This document shows, piece by piece, positions 35,481 to 41,192 of a stretch of 41,192 nucleotides of DNA. The notes beneath the pieces are model-generated. The model had not been told where the DNA came from, did not search any database, and saw only the letters and a list, made by a program, of their open reading frames with translations. This stretch comes from Chiloscyllium plagiosum (lineage: Eukaryota), in contig NC_057719.1 in assembly GCF_004010195.1 (NCBI RefSeq), positions 7,103,396 through 7,144,587 of the forward strand, read 5' to 3'. A program made the position numbers and the translations under genes. Each line of letters begins with the position of its first letter. Within the stretch, counting starts at the first letter, position 1.

Positions 35481-36265
35481 AAAGTTGTTCTTTCTTAGTA
35501 TAAAGATTTTACCACTCCCACTTGCTATCCAGAGACTACTTTTGGAAGAGCTGCTATGTCACCTACCCTCAAACCCTGCAAGGTCTTTGAATTTTCACAG
35601 ACTAGGTTCACACATGCAGAATAGCCCCTGGATGAGGTGTCAGTAAGATCTTTAAGTTGTATTTTGCCATGAGCCACAGCTGAAGAAAATGCAGAAGTGG
35701 AAATGCATGGCTTTTCTATTACACAGTCTATTAAGGTCTTGCGATTAGTCTTCTACCATGTTTCTGTATTAGAATGTGAACAGAATTGACTTAACAGAAT
35801 AAGGTATAGCTGGATAGTTTTAACCCCTTTTAATCGGGTCTTTATGATTATGGTGAAACCATTAGGATCAGCATAAATAGTGATTAAGCAATGTTTGTTT
35901 TACTCTTGAGTGTAATTGGTGCTTGCTCTCAACCAAAATGTTTGGCACGATTCCGTAATCTATGTACTCATTTATAATTAGCTTGGGAAATTAAAACAAT
36001 ACTCCTTACTAAGCTGTTTTGTTGTAACTTTGGAAAATGTCCATGTTCAGTGCAAAAAGACCACTCTATTTTGCACTTATTTTGATTGTTGGCTTTGAAT
36101 TGATGCACTAAATTGTTTCTCTGCTCACATTTCACAGACTGACTTCAGTCTTTTTACCAAAATAATGAATGTAAAATTCTTAAAGGAATTAATAACTCCC
36201 ATAATCAACAATTAAACTAGCTGTATGACACAATGCTCACTAGTTACAACTGTTCAAAATGTTTA

Positions 36266-38194
36266 CAGTAGAGGAGGAGGATAGAGGGAAAAGTAACAAG
36301 GGCCCCCCTCCCAAATTTTTACATTGTCTGTGGCTGCAGGGGAAGTGCTAGAGGACTGGAGGACAGCTCTAATGTGGGTTCTCCTTTACAAGAAGAGTAA
36401 TAGAGATGAACCAGAGAACTATAGACCAGTGCGGGGTCTCGTTAGTTGTCGGGAATTTATTGGAGAAAATAGTGAATGAGAAAATTAATCTCCATTTAGA
36501 AAGGCAAGGTTTGATCAGGTACAGTCAGCGTAGCTTTAGCAGAGGGAGGTCATGCCTGACAAACCTAGTGGAATTTTTTTCAAGGACGCGACCAAGTGTA
36601 TAGATGAGAGTCAGGCAGTTTCTTTTGGCCCAAATCATCCATTCCTACTAGGTGTCCAAAATTGAACAAGTCCCTTTTGCCTGTATTTGGCCCATTTCCC
36701 TCCAAACGTTTCCTATCCATGTACCTATCTTTTGAGTGTTGTAATTGTACCCACCGATCTACTTCCTCTGGCAGCTCGTATCATATAAATGCCATATTCC
36801 CAGTAGAGAAAGAGGACAGAGGCAAAAGTAAAAATGGCCCTCTCCTGAATTTTTACATTGTCTGTGGCTGCATGGGAGGTGCCAGCGGACTGGAGGACAG
36901 CTAATGTGAGTTCTCTTTTACTGTATAAAATTGTACAGTACTGTACCGCACAGTACGCAAAAACGTTGCTACTTAGTAGTTTCTATGGATTTCAGAAAGG
37001 TCGTTGATAAAGTCTCACACAGGAAACTGATAAGGTAAAAACTCCTGGGATCCAAGATAAATTAGCAAGTTGGATCCAAAAGTGGCTTAGTGACAGGAGA
37101 CGGAGCTTAGTGGTAAAAAGAACTGTGACTGGATGCTGGTGTCTGTTGGTGTTTTATAGCAATTGGTGCTGGGTTCCTTATCATTTGAGTATCCCAAACA
37201 ATATAGACGAGAGCATGGGGTGCATGATCAGTAAGTTTGCAGATCACAAAGATTGGCCTGGTGGTTGACAGTGAGGAACAAGTTAGGTTACAGGAAGATG
37301 TGGACAGATTGGGCAGATGGGCTGATCAGTGACAGGTAGAATTTAACCCTGACAAATGTGAAGTGATGTATTTTGGAAGAATGAACAAAACAAGGGAGTA
37401 CTCAATGAATGGCAGGACACTAGGAAGCTCACAGGAATAGAGAGATCTTGTGATGCTTGTTCACAGATCCCTGATGTGGCAGGACAGGCTAATAAGACAT
37501 ATGGGATGCTTCCTTTCATCAGCTGTTGCATAGATTGTAAGACCAGGGAGATTGTTTGTTGTACAGAACTTTGTATTGGCCACAGAATGAGGATTGTGTG
37601 TAGTTCAGGTCACCACACTCTCGAAAGGATGCGATTACCCTGGAGGGGGTGCAGAGAAATTTCACCAGAATGTTGCCTGGAATGGAGAATTTCAGCTTTG
37701 AAGGGAGGCTGGATAATCTCAGTTTATTTTCTTTGGAACAGAGAATGTTGAGGAAGGACCTGAGAGAAGGGTATAAGACCGAGGTTGGACAGGATGAATA
37801 GAAAGTAGCTGCTCCCCTAAGTCAAAGGGTCAAGAACAAGGGGCCACACATTCAAAGTGGAGGGCAGAAGGTTTAGTGGTGAGTTGAGGAAAATGTTTTT
37901 ACCCAGAGGATGGGTGGGAGTCTGGAATGCACTGCTCACTGTTAAACCTTTGGAGCAATTTGTCACATTTTTAACTTTTAAGGGAATGTTACAGTAATGT
38001 AGCATCTAAGAGGAGGAGTTAAATTTGGCAGATAACCTTACAACTTTTAAAAAGTACTTGGATGAACACTTGAAGTGTCATAACATTTAAGGCTATGTGC
38101 AGAGAACAGGAAAGTGGGACTAATGTAGGTGATAATGCAGTTTTGGTGGTATGGACTCAAAGCACCTCTTCTGAACTGTATAACTCTAATTCTA
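36266..38194 (+). mobile_element. Old CR1 LINE (RT to 3' end), rearranged, with a HER1-like 3' fragment (-) at ~36620-36800
   Basis: [29 protein letters not shown], agtaagtttgcagat, ANKTYGMLPFI, RGH.FKV; tail ataactctaattcta. Confidence 0.85.
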
Positions 38195-39558
38195 AAATAC
38201 TGAAGCTACACTGAGGCCAAGGGTGCCATATGTTGAAATGGGTGCAGATCCTTCCAAGAGGGACAGCAGCCCTTGAATCATGAAAATCTAGATCATCAAT
38301 GGAAAATTGACAGAAGAATTGGTATAGTGTCATCTGATGAAAATTCAAGTACAGCTAAATGGTTTTTCTTTTGGTCACTTAGGTTGAACTTATGGCACTG
38401 GCCAGGTTAAAAAGAGATTTTGCAAGCCTAATTCTGCCTGAGGGATTTTTTTTTCCCCTAAGGCTTTCCTTCCCACACAGAGTAGTAAGTGCTATTTCCT
38501 ATTTTCTGCACATGATAACCTGTGGCTTGTGGCTCCTCCAGTTCTATTGACACACTTGGAACAGAAGATGAATCTGTCTGAGAATACTTAAGGTGATTCT
38601 CTTTCATTTTTCTCCTAAGGTCAGTTTAACTCCTGGGTCAAGTTGAATATTATTCCAAGCACAGACAGTATGATTTCAGATCCAATGATTCTACTGTTCA
38701 TTGGGATCAAAGCACACAGTTACCTGACCGGAAACCGTGCTTCCATGTTTGGGCAGTTTTTAACCAGGTCCTTGAAGTATAGGAAAAGCACTCTTTTAAA
38801 ACAAAGTCATACTGCAACTGATAGATATTGCAGTATGTGTCAAGATACATTTACAGAATGTGCAAGTATGTGTAGTAGTAGTTAATAGGACTTAGCTCAA
38901 TGTAAATCGTAATATAATCACTTTGGTAAATCTATCCTGCCACTCAAGAATCAGAAGCACCTGTTATTGGTGAGATCATCCTAAAGTTAGAAACAATGTA
39001 TAAAGTACTGCGAAGCCAAGTCATTATGCAGCATATTTCTTGCCATGGATAGACCTTTTTTGAATCTGAGAAATCTGGTTTGATGAAAAAAGTATGAGCT
39101 TGGCACAAATTCAACTCTTGACTATGCTTTCTGTGTGCCATTTGAATGTAGCACAGTCCAGGCAAATACCATTTGCAATGTGATTTTTGAGAAGATTTAT
39201 AGCTCAGGTTGAGGTTCAGGTTGTAAGTTTGCTCGCTGAGCTGGTATGTTTGTTCTCAGATGTTTTGTCGCCATGCTAGGTAACATCATCAGTGAGCCTC
39301 CAGTGAAGGGCTGGTGTTCTGTTCCCTTTTCTGTTTTGTGTCTTGGTCTAAGTTGGGTGATATCATTTCCTGTTCTTTTCCTGAGGTTGGTAAATGAGGT
39401 CCAAATCGATGTGTTTATTGATGGAGTTCCAGTTTGAATGGCAGGCCTCTAGGAATTCCCATCCGTGTCTTTGTTTAACTTGTCCTAGGATGGGCATGTT
39501 GTCTCAGTGGAAGTGCTGTCCTCCTTCGTCTGTGTGTAAGGATACTAGTGATAGCTGG

Positions 39559-40405
39559 TATTGTGGAGAAAATCACCAGTCTCGGAGTCCAATGACAGAG
39601 TTTATTGCACAAGGAAATACCGGAGCTCCAGGGAGAGAGAGACACCAACAGCACATAGGTTAGCTGCGAGTCTTCTCTCGACCCAGGGCAAGAAATGTTT
39701 ATACATCTTGTGATACAATAGGTCATTGATGAGGTTATTGTCTTTGTACATGGTTTGTTTATAATAATCGTGACAGAATCATTGATAGTTTTGATATAGT
39801 CATGGTCAGTTTCAGGGTAGACAATGTCAGTTTCAATATCTGCACGCAATTCCATTGCTTATAGTAATGAGTGCTGATTGCTCTTCCTGAGAAGGACGAT
39901 TACTGCAGTCCTGGCTATTAACATTTTGTATTGAGCCTGTATCAAGTTTTCGAGATGCCGGTGTTGGACTGGGGTGTACAAAGTTAAAAATCTCACAACA
40001 CCAGGTTATAGTCCAACAGGTTTAATTGGAAGCACACTTGCTTTTGGAGCGGTGCTCCAAAAGCAAGTGTGCTTCCAATTAAACCTGTTGGACTATAACC
40101 TGGTGTTTAGATTTGTAACTGTATCAGATTGTTAACATTTCTATAAGAGGTGCTGGCTGGACCCACACACTTGGGAGGCAGTGTTCGTTACTCATGTGTA
40201 TTCTCTCCCCCACCCGCCTTAAATTAATCAAGTGCATTGTGCTGACATTCTGGTGGCCTCAGGCAGTGTCTGTATCTCCTCTGCTCTTTCTATCCATGTG
40301 ATCTGGTGGCCATCTTATGTGTCAAGTTGGCCAACTGCTGGCTCAGCAGCCATCTTTGTGTCTATGTGCTGAGTGTCACCCTGCCCCGTGCCATCTCCCT
40401 CTTCA
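39559..40405 (-). mobile_element. Probable solo LTR (ERV- or Gypsy-type)
   Basis: Flanked by ctgg(t) at 39555-39559 and 40406-40410; minus strand starts TGAAGAG and ends ...ccacaaTA (CA expected); TATA-like tgtataaac ~39697-39705 precedes AATAAA 39601-39606. Confidence 0.6.
39951..40118. mobile_element. Fold-back PLE-derived insertion (family C): 54-bp perfect arms, 3-nt loop
   Basis: Arms 39997-40050 and 40054-40107; same sequence family as 26948-27163; ctgtatca repeated at 39937-39944 and 40119-40126. Confidence 0.82.
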
Positions 40406-40442
40406 CTGGTCATGTCTTTTGATGGCTAGTTGTTCCTTGTGT

Positions 40443-41192
40443 GACAATAGACAATAGGTGCAGGAGTAGGCCATTCAGCCCTTCGAGCCTGCACCGCCAT
40501 TCAATATAATCATGGCTGATCATTCCTAATCAGTATCCTGTTCCTGCCTTATCTCCATAACCCTTGATTCCATTATCTTTGAGAGCTCTATCCAACTCCT
40601 CCTTAAATGAATCCAGAGAGTGGGCCTCCACTGCCCCCTGTGGCAGAGCATTCCACACAGCCACCACTCTCTGGGTGAAGAAGTTTCTCCTGAGCTCTGT
40701 CCTAAATGGTCTACCCCGTATTTTTAAGCTGTGTCCTCTGGTTCGGCACTCACCCATCAGTGGAAATATGTTTCCTACTGCCAGAGTGTCCAAGCCTTTC
40801 ATAATCTTATACGTCTCAATCAAATCCCCTCTCAATCTTCGAAACTCAAGGGTATACAAGCCCAGTCGCTTCAGTCTTTCAGTGTAAGGTAATCCTGCCA
40901 TTCCAGGAATTGACCTCGTGAACCTACGCTGCACTCCCTCAATAGCCAGAATGTATTTTCTCAAATTTGGAGACCAGAACTGCACACAATACTCCAGGTG
41001 TGGTCTCACCAGGGCCCCGTACAGCTGCAGAAGCACCTCTTTGCGTCTATACTCAATTCCTCTTGTTATGAAGGCCAGCATGCTATTAGCCTTCCTCACT
41101 ACCTGCTGTACCTGCATGCTTACCTTCATTGACTGGTGTACAAGAACACCCAGATCTCTCTGTACTGCCCATTTACCTAAATTGATTCCATT
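40443..41192 (-). mobile_element. Young CR1-clade LINE 3' end; ORF2 frame open from the window edge to the stop at 40530
   Basis: RDLGVLVHQSMKVSMQVQQVVRKAN...LVRPHLEYCVQFWSP...FFTQRVVAVWNALP with no stops; tail (ctattgt)2. Confidence 0.95.

Larger units (their letters stand above)
39188..40442 (-). mobile_element. Penelope-like element 3' end (family B), split into 39188-39558 and 40406-40442 by a solo LTR
   Basis: Minus strand encodes SLVSLHTDEGG.HF..DN..ILGQ...EFLEACHS.WNSINKHIDLD; decayed hammerhead at 39256-39295 (TCA-CTGATGA-t-stem-AAAA-C-ATC-TGA). Confidence 0.82.

Noticed and set aside
38724..38770. Possible minus-strand exon DLVKNCPNMEARFPV with CAG|gtaact
   Set aside because: Mediocre acceptor, unrecognised peptide, and conflicts with the + strand candidates.
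223..40887. ORF-track entries as host protein genes
   Set aside because: Those with recognisable motifs are LINE or PLE fragments or their antisense frames; the rest are short, low-information ORFs in AT-rich DNA.
1..41192. CRISPR arrays, prokaryotic operons, or an orientation bias of LINEs
   Set aside because: No regularly spaced repeat-spacer structure or gene-dense region; LINE copies occur on both strands in similar numbers.

Overview
Eukaryotic, repeat-saturated DNA, most likely from a shark or ray (inferred from HE1-type V-SINEs and HER1/CR1-type LINEs). It is probably intronic: the unique stretches look T/G-rich on the + strand and one good + strand exon candidate lies at 18540-18601. 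No complete host gene is present. The recognisable ORFs in the track are retroelement fragments or their antisense shadows. Contents: many CR1-clade LINE copies (two long ones on the minus strand), an L2-like relic, HE1/V-SINEs, Deu-domain SINE relics, an LF-SINE-like copy plus a LINE sharing its tail, a probable solo LTR, and at least three sequence families of Penelope-like elements (PLEs). The most notable signal is a set of minimal hammerhead-ribozyme motifs in the PLE termini with covarying stems across families. Several sit in short non-coding fold-back (palindromic) insertions with 12-16 bp target duplications, and the inversion points repeatedly fall at or inside the ribozyme. Hammerheads and inverted termini in PLEs are already known, so I do not claim a new system; the breakpoint clustering and the mini fold-back units are the parts worth testing. 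Family names come from recalled consensus sequences rather than a database search, and repeat boundaries are approximate. Two N gaps: 14356-14457 and 16502-16971.
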